DNA from: Bacteroidales bacterium
GTDB lineage: Bacteria > Bacteroidota > Bacteroidia > Bacteroidales > UBA7960
Assembly: GCA_007118135.1 (NCBI GenBank)
Contig: SKSE01000083.1
Span: forward strand, 1-62,832
Direction: 5' to 3'
DNA: 62,832 nucleotides
Shown here: positions 40,601 through 48,324 of the stretch, one piece after another
How positions within the stretch are numbered: the stretch's first letter is position 1
Layout of the letters: the number at the start of each line of letters is the position of its first letter
Translations under genes and position numbers: made by a program
Notes under the pieces: model-generated
The model's input: only the letters and a program-made list of their open reading frames with translations
Databases searched by the model: none
Told to the model about the DNA's origin: nothing

Positions 40601-41939
40601 TTTCATGTGGTGTATAACCCCATGGCTCGTAATATGATGGAAACACACTCAAATCCATTCCAATGAGTGCATCATAATAATTGAGATTAAGCGCGCCATC
40701 ATCACCATTCAGATAAGACGGCAGAAATATCAACTTCACTTTATCGTCAGGACTGTTATTTAATCCTGAATTGCTCAGATGCTTCAGGACCGGATCGGAA
40801 TCGGGATCAACCAATTTGTGGGTTGTATATTCTCCTGTTAAGGGTTTTTTAAAATCCGGGTTTTTAATTCGGTCAACTACTTCGGGCTTTACACCGGTTT
40901 GATTTCCCGGAACCATAATAAAAGCAACAACAGTAGCTTTAAGGTCTTTTTTATTAATCCTGGAAAGTGCATCAAGAAATACATCAACACCCTTATTCTT
41001 AAACTCATACCTTCCGCTGTTTATAAGCAGAAGGCTGTTCTCAGGTATCTCCTGGTTAAGCATTCCTGATGCAAGCTTAAGAAGTTGTTCTCTTGATTTT
41101 TTTCGTCTTACAACAAATTCCTTTTCATCAGGAACAAAAGAATCGCTAAAGCCATTTGGAGCAATAACATCAACTTCTTTATTCAATAGCTTATGACATT
41201 CTTTTGCTGCTGTCTTACTTACAGTAATAAAAGCATCAGCAGTAGCTGAAGCTGTTTTTTCCATGCTATGCTTTGAAACTACACCTAACTCGCTGGCGCG
41301 TGAATCTGTATCCAGTTGTCCCATTTCAGTATAAAGCTGGAAACCGTTAGCAGCGATAGACCGGCCCAGGGATGTTGCATGAGTTGTAAAGATTGTACCT
41401 GCCTGAGGCACCCTGTCTTTCAGATATAATACACCTGAACCTGTCATCCACTCATGGAAATTTGCAAGAATAGAATCTTTGGATGAAAGATGGTAATTGT
41501 AAAAACTTTCGATTACCTGGCCAGCCGCATAACCGAACATGGTGGGCTCGGTATAATCCCATTGGCCACTAAGTGAGTTTAATCCGAACTTATTCCAGAA
41601 ATCGGTGAATATATTATCTTTTTCGGAAAAAAGCGGTGTAAAATCAACCAGAATTGCTATGGGGGAGCCGGGAATATTCCAGCGACCTAATCTAAAATGT
41701 AAACCATCTTTGGTAGCCTGTTTGCGCCATGATCTGTAAAGATACCTGTCCTCTATAAATTCAGGGTTCCCATGAGTTTCTTTCCATACATCAGGACCAA
41801 TACACATGTAATTGTCATTCATTTCATTAACCATCGACAATGCCTTGGTACCTATTACAGTATGAATTCCACCAATTTTATTACAAACTTCCCAGCTTAC
41901 TTCAAATAAAAAATCAGGTTTTTTAATATTTTCAGTCAT
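37650..41939 (-). CDS. Fusion protein: GT3 eukaryote-type glycogen synthase (N-terminal ~570 aa) + GT35 alpha-glucan phosphorylase (C-terminal ~850 aa)
   Basis: The N-terminus FEVSWEVCNKIGGIHTVIGTKA is the GT3 signature. After a Lys-rich linker come LAKNLWWTWNYDAALLFERIDPDLWE (alpha-glucan phosphorylase N-terminal), YFSMEYG, GGLGVLAGD and EASGTSGQKAVLNG (PLP-Lys motif). Confidence 0.85.
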   Translation of the reverse strand: MTENIKKPDFLFEVSWEVCNKIGGIHTVIGTKALSMVNEMNDNYMCIGPDVWKETHGNPEFIEDRYLYRSWRKQATKDGLHFRLGRWNIPGSPIAILVDFTPLFSEKDNIFTDFWNKFGLNSLSGQWDYTEPTMFGYAAGQVIESFYNYHLSSKDSILANFHEWMTGSGVLYLKDRVPQAGTIFTTHATSLGRSIAANGFQLYTEMGQLDTDSRASELGVVSKHSMEKTASATADAFITVSKTAAKECHKLLNKEVDVIAPNGFSDSFVPDEKEFVVRRKKSREQLLKLASGMLNQEIPENSLLLINSGRYEFKNKGVDVFLDALSRINKKDLKATVVAFIMVPGNQTGVKPEVVDRIKNPDFKKPLTGEYTTHKLVDPDSDPVLKHLSNSGLNNSPDDKVKLIFLPSYLNGDDGALNLNYYDALIGMDLSVFPSYYEPWGYTPHESLAFYVPTVTTSLAGFGIWARDNFPDDYRSVAVLERNDNNSQQVSENISDIILSLINDDEFGQLTAEDNGFNALVHKNMISLRERAHQIYKSALWDTLAENYFIAYDHAMKKVEQRADLFKAKKQPVKPQDLYKAKVSKPKWKKILIEINIPKELEDLQKLAKNLWWTWNYDAALLFERIDPDLWERVEKSPPRLLDNLTVEHYQKLIADKEFMQEYERVVKKFDEYMQKAEKKTSDTIAYFSMEYGLHTSVKIYSGGLGVLAGDFLKQASDDNIDMIGIGLLYRYGYFSQNLSISGEQMANYTSHNFTYMSAQPVRNEMGEWVKISIAFPGRNIYAKVWKIDIGRIPLYLLDTDIPENASIDKVVTHQLYGGDWENRFKQEFLLGIGGIRLLDALNIKPKVYHLNEGHAAFAGLERLRKFVQDEKLSFPEALEAVRSSSLFTTHTPVPAGHDFFSEDMLRTYMPHYADRLGIAWETFMSLGKIRPDNPDERYSMSVLATKLASEVNGVSKIHGGVSREMFKDLYPGYFADEIHIGHVTNGVHYGTWCAPEWQKLYADTFGNEFFNDVSDPNHWEKIYDIPDEKIWEMRQVQRRKLMEYIKKRLLSNLSRRQETPKKVYQVLDALDDKTLTIGFARRFATYKRARLLFNDLEKLSRIVNNPDMPVQFLYAGKAHPADKAGQDLIKHIIEVSKMKEFRGKIIFLEDYDMELGEALVKGVDIWLNTPTRPLEASGTSGQKAVLNGVMNFSVLDGWWAEGYTPEAGWAIKEEKTYDNQGYQDELDAEVVYNTFENEIIPMFYDRNKNGVPVEWIRWVKNNIARIAPHFTNKRMMDDYFKFFYNKLFKRSDVMLSDACDRSRELAHWKSNINRGWESIELVSLNLMNTADKSLLLGDKFVAEIVLDLNELNESDFGVEVVFIQKDFEGEESIISVYEMDQMKRENGKVTYKCEVTTKRVGIYNYAFRMFPKNELLAHRQDLKLVRWF

Positions 41940-42025
41940 ATTTCAATTTTTAAATATTTATCCTTTTATTTCCAAAAAACGAACGAAATTACGAAAAATT
42001 CCACAATTGAATTCATCAAAAACCA

Positions 42026-42041
42026 ACGCTAACGTTTGCGT
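42026..42041. promoter_or_regulatory. Imperfect 16-bp palindrome acgcTAACGTTTgcgt, candidate operator upstream of the GT3-GT35 gene
   Basis: It is symmetric around aacgtt with one mismatched pair and lies ~90-100 nt upstream of the ATG at 41939. Confidence 0.25.
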
Positions 42042-42084
42042 AGTTATTAATTAACAATAAATTTTTGCAAATTTCTTTTTCTGC

Positions 42085-42122
42085 AAAAAAAATCCTGTGT
42101 GATAAATTTACACAGGATTTTT
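42085..42122 (-). terminator. Intrinsic terminator after the GH57 gene
   Basis: aatcctgtgt (42091-42100) pairs with acacaggatt (42110-42119). It is flanked by an A-run and a T-run, so there is a T-run on the minus strand. Confidence 0.75.
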
Positions 42123-42161
42123 CGCTCAATAATTTACCGGTTAAACAAAAAGATCAAAGTT

Positions 42162-43481
42162 TTATTTTTTTGAAGTTCCGCCGGTTTTTTTTCTGGTAAC
42201 AGGCTTTTTAGTAGTCTTAACTGGTTTTTCATCAACTTTCTTGGTTGCCCTTTTTCGGGCCGGTGCTTTTGAAGCTTCTTCTTTCACTTTACCTGCGCAG
42301 GCTTTCTTAACCCTTATCTCAAAATCGGCCAGCACATTCATATAGTTTATAAAGGCATCATATGGCGAATTGTAAGGATTGTAATTTCTGCGAACAGTGC
42401 CATCAGAAAACCATTTGGTTGACATGTAATAAAAATGATCACTCACCTGCAATTTTTGCCAGTGATCAAGTATACCTTCATCTTCGCAAGAGTTCACAGA
42501 TTCTTCCAGTTCATAAAGTTTATTGAAAGCTTCATTCTGCATTTCGTTGCCTAGCCAGGCTGTTATATCTCTCTCCTCATCCGCCCATGAAATAGGATAC
42601 GGAATGTGCAATGGAGATGCAGGTTGCAATGCTGCAGCCACTTCAGATGGGGTATTAAACTGAAATCTTGATTTATCAAATACGATTTGTGGAAATGTTT
42701 TCAGGAAGTCAAAAATACCTGTTTCCTTTTTCTGATTTTCACCAAAGGTTTCATAATCCATAAAAAGATTCACAACTTCTGTTTTTGGGCCCAGGGCATT
42801 GAGCCATCCTGTAAACTTTTCAGATGTAAGTGGCCATTCACTCCAGTTTCTTACTGAAAAACGGAAGGCAATATCATCAGACAACTGGAAGTTTTTCATC
42901 AGTAGTTTCACCTTAGGATTGGTAGCACTGCAGTAAAGTAAGTTGGGGCTTTTCCAACCCAGAACGTGCTTAGGACCTTCTGTTATTACTGTACTATAAC
43001 CAAGTTCAAAAATAAGATTACCAATGTCATCATTGTAGATGAGCTCAGTATTGCGGAAGGTTTTGGGTTTAACTCCAAACAGGGATTTGATTTTAGCCTC
43101 ATGAAGCTTCACCTGCCTGAAAAATTCAGTTTTACTTTTCAGTGAAGCCAGGCTATGATTATTTGTTTCGGTAAGAAACTCCACATTGCCCGTTGCAGCA
43201 AGTTTTTTAAAACTATCAATGACTTCAGGTGTAAACCTTTCCATTTGCTCAAGAGCAATTCCCGAGATGCTAAAGCTCACCTTGAATTTCTTGCCAAATT
43301 TCTTAATCTGACTGAGAAGAATTTCATTGGCAGGCAGATAGCTGTTTTCTGCAAGTTGCTGCATGATAAACCTGTTGGCATATTCATCAAAATAGTCATG
43401 CTTATAACCGATATCGAAAAAACGATAATTTCTTAACCTGAAAGGCTGATGAATCTGAAAGTAAAAACAAATTGACTTCAT
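42162..43481 (-). CDS. Glycoside hydrolase family 57 protein (alpha-amylase/branching-type) with a Lys-rich C-terminal tail
   Basis: MKSICFYFQIHQPFRLRNYRFFDIG and SFSISG...LE are GH57 N-terminal motifs. The last ~45 aa are Lys/Thr/Pro-rich. Confidence 0.8.
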   Translation of the reverse strand: MKSICFYFQIHQPFRLRNYRFFDIGYKHDYFDEYANRFIMQQLAENSYLPANEILLSQIKKFGKKFKVSFSISGIALEQMERFTPEVIDSFKKLAATGNVEFLTETNNHSLASLKSKTEFFRQVKLHEAKIKSLFGVKPKTFRNTELIYNDDIGNLIFELGYSTVITEGPKHVLGWKSPNLLYCSATNPKVKLLMKNFQLSDDIAFRFSVRNWSEWPLTSEKFTGWLNALGPKTEVVNLFMDYETFGENQKKETGIFDFLKTFPQIVFDKSRFQFNTPSEVAAALQPASPLHIPYPISWADEERDITAWLGNEMQNEAFNKLYELEESVNSCEDEGILDHWQKLQVSDHFYYMSTKWFSDGTVRRNYNPYNSPYDAFINYMNVLADFEIRVKKACAGKVKEEASKAPARKRATKKVDEKPVKTTKKPVTRKKTGGTSKK

Positions 43482-43567
43482 ATTTCTTTCTTGTTAGGCC
43501 CACAGAATCAGCAGGCAGATTTTTTATATTTTCTTTTTTATTGTAACCGGTTTAAATAAAATAAGTT

Positions 43568-44851
43568 TCAGGTGAGAAACTCCTGATAAATTTCTTTTAC
43601 TTTCTCACCAGCCTGATCCCATTTAATATTATCAACTTCTTCCTTTCCGTGTTTCTTGAAAGTTTCGGGGAGCGCATTGTAATGCAGCAGACCATAAATA
43701 GCATCTGCCATGGCGTCAATATCCCAGAAATCAACTTTGATGGCATGTTTGAGCACTTCAGCCACACCTGATTGTTTGGAAATAATAACCGGAACATTTG
43801 ACCGCATGGCTTCCAGAGGCGAAATACCAAAGGGCTCCGAAACAGATGGCATAACATAAACATCACTCATGCCAAACATCTTATCCACATCGTCTCCTTT
43901 AAGGAATCCTGTAAAATGAAACTTGTTGGAAATTCCGAGCTTGGCCACGCGCCTTATCATTTTATTGAGCATATCGCCACTGCCTGCCATAACAAAACGA
44001 ACATTATCGTCGCGTTGCAGAACCTTATGTGCGGCCTCAATAAAATATTCGGGGCCTTTTTGGAAAGTAATTCGACCCAGGAAGGTTACGATTTTTTCAT
44101 CAAGATGCCTTTTTACCTCCAGATCTTTTTCTGTTTCCGGGGGTTCTACGCCATTATGCACGGTTACCACTTTATCGGGATGAATCCCATACCGGTTGAT
44201 AACAACACTCCTCGTCATATGACTTACGGCGATAACTTTATCGGCAGCTTCCATACCGGCACGTTCAATATCATACACCTGCTGGTTTACACTTTCTCCG
44301 GAGCGGTCAAATTCAGTGGCATGCATATGCACTACCAATGGTTTACCGGTAATTCTTTTGGCTTCTTTACCAGCCATGTAAGTAAGCCAGTCGTGAGAGT
44401 GAATAAGGTCAAAGTCATACTGACGAGCAATGGTAAGAGCTACCATTGCATACCGGTTTACTTCTTCCAGCAGATTTTTACCATAGCCTCCGGCAAACTC
44501 ATACTTTCTGGAGTGGATGCTACCTTTTTCGGCAGTTACACCTTGTTGTGTTTTTTCTATGATCTTAAAATATTCTTCTTCAGTAGCATAAGGTACCAAT
44601 TGCGAATCAACTTCCACATACGACATTTTATCAAGGTACTCCCTGAATACTTCGTCCTGGATATCTATGGCCACTTCACTGGCATTCACCAGGCGAATGC
44701 TGCCGGGTTTTTCATCGCCATAAGCTTTGGGTACAACAAATATCAAATCGACTCCGCATTTCAGCAACGCCTTGGTTAAACCATAACTGGCCGTTCCAAG
44801 TCCCCCTGAGATATGCGGAGGAAATTCCCATCCAAACATTAAAACTTTCAT
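43568..44851 (-). CDS. Glycosyltransferase family 4 (glycogen-synthase-like, GT-B)
   Basis: MKVLMFGWEFPPHISGGLGTASYGL, HSHDWLT, and a C-terminal E..G...LEAM motif (PSVSEPFGISPLEAM). Confidence 0.8.
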   Translation of the reverse strand: MKVLMFGWEFPPHISGGLGTASYGLTKALLKCGVDLIFVVPKAYGDEKPGSIRLVNASEVAIDIQDEVFREYLDKMSYVEVDSQLVPYATEEEYFKIIEKTQQGVTAEKGSIHSRKYEFAGGYGKNLLEEVNRYAMVALTIARQYDFDLIHSHDWLTYMAGKEAKRITGKPLVVHMHATEFDRSGESVNQQVYDIERAGMEAADKVIAVSHMTRSVVINRYGIHPDKVVTVHNGVEPPETEKDLEVKRHLDEKIVTFLGRITFQKGPEYFIEAAHKVLQRDDNVRFVMAGSGDMLNKMIRRVAKLGISNKFHFTGFLKGDDVDKMFGMSDVYVMPSVSEPFGISPLEAMRSNVPVIISKQSGVAEVLKHAIKVDFWDIDAMADAIYGLLHYNALPETFKKHGKEEVDNIKWDQAGEKVKEIYQEFLT

Positions 44852-44896
44852 TTCCTCTAATACTTATAAATTATTCGCTTAAATTAATTCCTTTAT

Positions 44897-46840
44897 TTAC
44901 TTCTTGTTTTTATCTATCATATCATTTATCCTGATTAACTCAGCTACGTTTGCGGCAAATGAAATAGCTCCCCTGCTCTGATGCGGAGGGTCTCCTTCAT
45001 ACAATTCGGAAATAGTTCCGATGCCATCTTCAGTCATATCTTCCTGAAAATTATCGTAGATCTGTTGCAGGAATTCAATGGCACTTTCTTTATAGATCTT
45101 AAGATAAGCATCAGCAAAATGTCCCAGCAACCATGGATAAACCGTTCCCTGGTGAAGAGCAAGATCGCGTTTCATCTCATTACCTTTATAACGACCTTTG
45201 TAATAAGGATCGTCAGGAGAAAGTGTACGTAGCCCTTTGGGTGTAAGCAGCTTCTTAAGAACAGTATCAACTACTTGTCTTGAAACAGATACTGGTACCG
45301 GGCTGTAGGGCAAGGATGCAGCTATGACCTGATTTGGACGAACGCTCCACTCTGCATGATCCACAGCCACGAAATCTGCCAGATAACCTTTTTCAGCATT
45401 CCAGAAAACCTTTCCAAATGACTCTGGTATTTTATCAGCGATAGGTTTCCATTTTTCAGCAAAGGATTTATCTTTTGACAGTTTAGCCACTTCAAGTGCA
45501 AACATAATGGCATTATACCACAAAGCATTTACTTCAACCACGTAGCCGTAACGCGGGGTAACAGGTTTTTCATTTATCATGGCATTCATCCATGTAACCG
45601 AAGGGTTATCATCATTGATATACAGCAACCCATTCTCATCCATCTTCAACAGATTATTACCATGCTGGTAACTTTCGAGAATGGTTTTTATAACCTTGCC
45701 ATACAGTTTCCATGTTTTACTTTGGTCTGTTCCATGGCAGCAGCATTTCTGAATTGCCCATATAAACCATAGCGAAGTATCAGCAGAATTAAACCTGGTG
45801 CTTTCCCCTCTTCCGGTTTCGGGGAAGAACGGGCCCACCATCTGGCTAACCATCGTATCTATAACATTCTTGCAGGCTTCGTCATTTCCTTTGGCCAGTA
45901 CTAACCCGGGAAGTGAGATAAATGTATATCTGCCCACCCTGTCGTACCAGGGATAACCTGCTATAATATCGGTTTGCCCGTCGTGATTATAGAAAAACTG
46001 TTCTGCTGAATTCAGCAAACAATTGTAATATGAATTACGTGGCGTACGTAGTTTTAACTCTTTATTGAAATTCCTTGAAATGAGAGTAGGTTTGATTTCC
46101 TGTGTGCTTGCACAAAATATAACGCTCTCTCCTTTTTTGATAGGAAATTCAAAGAAACCGGGGACATAAAGATCTTCGAGGTATTCGTAGCCACGATCTT
46201 TTTCATGAAAATATTCCAGATCATTATACCAGTCAGGTGAGTGAACATACTCAACTTTTGCTTTTGAGAATTGCATAAAAAGCGGAGAATACCCTTCATA
46301 CATGCGTGCTTTAATACCATTGGGTACACTTTCATATTTGGTATCCAGGTAAATATTCTTTTTACTCAGGCTATGAATATTTCTGAATGCCAGGAAAGGC
46401 TTTATGCGCAACGTTGTAGGTGAATGAGCCTCTACTAAGGTGTAACGTATCATTACCTTTTCTTCTTCGGTAACGAACATGGTTTCTTTGGTCAAAACCA
46501 CACCACCTACCCGGTAAGTTACTTTTGGTATGATATCAGCTGAAAAATCTCTAACATACTTATGCCCTTTGGGCTCATAGGTGTTGGGGAATCGATTTAT
46601 TCCGAAATTAAATTCAGCATCACGTTGAATGATGGTTTCATCCAGTTTGGAAAGTAAAACGTGAACAGTGTTTCCCAGTAAAGGTTGATGGCAGATAAGC
46701 AACCCATGGTATTTTCTTGTATTACATCCAATTATGGTATTGCATGAAAAAGCACCTGCCCGGTTGCTGCGAAGCATTTCCTTTGGCAATGAATATTCCA
46801 GATTAATAAGTTGAGTTTTGTCAAATTTTATGAAGCCCAT
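44897..46840 (-). CDS. Glycogen debranching enzyme family protein (GDE N-terminal domain + GH133 amylo-alpha-1,6-glucosidase)
   Basis: SNRAGAFSCNTIIGCNTRKYHGLL (GDE_N) and a C-terminal (alpha/alpha)6 region with GYPWYDRVGR..., SADTSLWFIWA, VEVNALWYNA, HQGTVYPWLLGHF. Confidence 0.8.
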   Translation of the reverse strand: MGFIKFDKTQLINLEYSLPKEMLRSNRAGAFSCNTIIGCNTRKYHGLLICHQPLLGNTVHVLLSKLDETIIQRDAEFNFGINRFPNTYEPKGHKYVRDFSADIIPKVTYRVGGVVLTKETMFVTEEEKVMIRYTLVEAHSPTTLRIKPFLAFRNIHSLSKKNIYLDTKYESVPNGIKARMYEGYSPLFMQFSKAKVEYVHSPDWYNDLEYFHEKDRGYEYLEDLYVPGFFEFPIKKGESVIFCASTQEIKPTLISRNFNKELKLRTPRNSYYNCLLNSAEQFFYNHDGQTDIIAGYPWYDRVGRYTFISLPGLVLAKGNDEACKNVIDTMVSQMVGPFFPETGRGESTRFNSADTSLWFIWAIQKCCCHGTDQSKTWKLYGKVIKTILESYQHGNNLLKMDENGLLYINDDNPSVTWMNAMINEKPVTPRYGYVVEVNALWYNAIMFALEVAKLSKDKSFAEKWKPIADKIPESFGKVFWNAEKGYLADFVAVDHAEWSVRPNQVIAASLPYSPVPVSVSRQVVDTVLKKLLTPKGLRTLSPDDPYYKGRYKGNEMKRDLALHQGTVYPWLLGHFADAYLKIYKESAIEFLQQIYDNFQEDMTEDGIGTISELYEGDPPHQSRGAISFAANVAELIRINDMIDKNKK

Positions 46841-46901
46841 AACCAGTAAAAGTTAATGAAGAAGTTTAATGCGATAAATGGAACCGGGGATAAAACTATT
46901 A

Positions 46902-46909
46902 CAAAATTA
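46902..46909 (-). promoter_or_regulatory. TAnnTTTG -7 box (minus strand taattttg) upstream of the GDE-GT4-GH57 genes
   Basis: The plus strand reads caaaatta at 46902-46909, ~65 nt upstream of the ATG at 46840. Confidence 0.35.
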
Positions 46910-47101
46910 AGAATTTTTTTATGTTAAATTCCTATATAATTGATTTTAAGATAAATTTAATTCTACAAATCGACAAACCTATGCAAAAAAAAATCTATCA
47001 ATAATTCAATAGATGAAAAAAAGCTACGACAACTATTCAATCAAAGATTTTTCAATGATTTTCTCTGTAATGAAATTATTTCCTGATGTCCGTTGATTAA
47101 A

Positions 47102-48259
47102 TTATAAACTTTCAAAAATAACAAGGAAACTATCGGGAAAGTCAGCCTTTCTTAATTCGTCGCGGTACCTTTCTGCTTCTGTTCTTTCAGAAAACATCCC
47201 CAGAATCAACCTGAAAAGTTTTCTGCCGTTCACCTTCGATATATGAATAAATACCGGGGTTTGATATTTTTCACTGTATGCATTGGCCAGATTTTCAAGA
47301 TTTTCGTAATTGAAATAGCTGGCTACCTGTACACCAAATCCGGCGGGTTTTGCGCCTTTTAGTGAAAAGTCATATATTCCAGTTTGCAAGATTTCAATCC
47401 CTAACGTTTGATCAGAAGGTTCGATTTCTTTGGCAATGTCATTATCGGCCATAAAATGTAAAGGCTCTGATTCATTATGCTGGCTCATATCAGCAGATGC
47501 CTGTGATTCAGTTTTCTGTTGAGAATTCGCAACATCATCCTGCCTGTTAAAATAATCTGCAATATTAATTTCGCGCCTGGGAGACCGATGTTCTGAATGT
47601 ATTCTTTCGGCTACAGCTTCAGTTTGTGAAATCAATTCCTGATAGAGATTAACCAGATTATGATCCGGTAAAAAACTACGGCCGGCTTCTATACTCATAT
47701 CAGCCATTTCCTTTTCACCCAGATAATGTAACGTTACCCCCCTGTAAAGATAAGCTTCGTAGAAGTCCGGATTCAACTGAATAGAGGTTTCAAAATCCAG
47801 TAAGGCTCTCTGAAAGTTGTTCAGGCTCATATATACTTTACCCCTTTGAAAAAAGGCAACGTAATCGGGGTTCATATGAATGGCTACTGACAGATCGTCA
47901 AGGGCCTGATGATATTCCTTCCGCCAATAACGTGCTACTCCGCGGAAATAATGTGCCTGATCAGAAAAAGCGGGGTCAAGCTCAATGGCTATGGTAAGGT
48001 CGCGAATGGCATTAGAGTGGTCGCCCATTTCAATAGAAGAAAGACCTCTGTAAAGAAATGCTTCAGCATAAATGGGATTGATTTCAATGGCTTTGCTGAA
48101 GAATTCTTTCGCTTTTATAAAATCTTCTTCAATACCGGCTCTGATACCTTCATTAAACTCAGCTCTTGCTTGTTCCATCTGCTGAATTGAAGGTGGTTGA
48201 GCATTAAGCAGATTGATGTAAAGGAAGATTACAGGTAAAACTAAACGTTTGAAAAACAT
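47102..48259 (-). CDS. TPR-repeat protein with a C-terminal SPOR (peptidoglycan-binding) domain
   Basis: Signal peptide and four or more TPR repeats (AEAFLYRGLS..., AHYFRGVARY..., YEAYLYRGVT...). The C-terminus GFGVQVASYFNYENLENLANAYSE...LFRLILGMFSERTEAERYRDELRK is SPOR-like. Confidence 0.75.
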   Translation of the reverse strand: MFFKRLVLPVIFLYINLLNAQPPSIQQMEQARAEFNEGIRAGIEEDFIKAKEFFSKAIEINPIYAEAFLYRGLSSIEMGDHSNAIRDLTIAIELDPAFSDQAHYFRGVARYWRKEYHQALDDLSVAIHMNPDYVAFFQRGKVYMSLNNFQRALLDFETSIQLNPDFYEAYLYRGVTLHYLGEKEMADMSIEAGRSFLPDHNLVNLYQELISQTEAVAERIHSEHRSPRREINIADYFNRQDDVANSQQKTESQASADMSQHNESEPLHFMADNDIAKEIEPSDQTLGIEILQTGIYDFSLKGAKPAGFGVQVASYFNYENLENLANAYSEKYQTPVFIHISKVNGRKLFRLILGMFSERTEAERYRDELRKADFPDSFLVIFESL

Positions 48260-48324
48260 AGCAGGAAAAGTTCATGGGTTATATCAGAAAAACCCTGCAA
48301 AAATAAGGATTTCTTCGGCCCATA

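Noticed and set aside
43916-44779. 287-aa plus-strand ORF inside the GT4 gene
   Set aside because: It lies entirely antisense to a minus-strand gene with clear GT4 motifs. Its translation is low-complexity (F/I/H/G-rich) with no recognisable motif. It is a shadow ORF.
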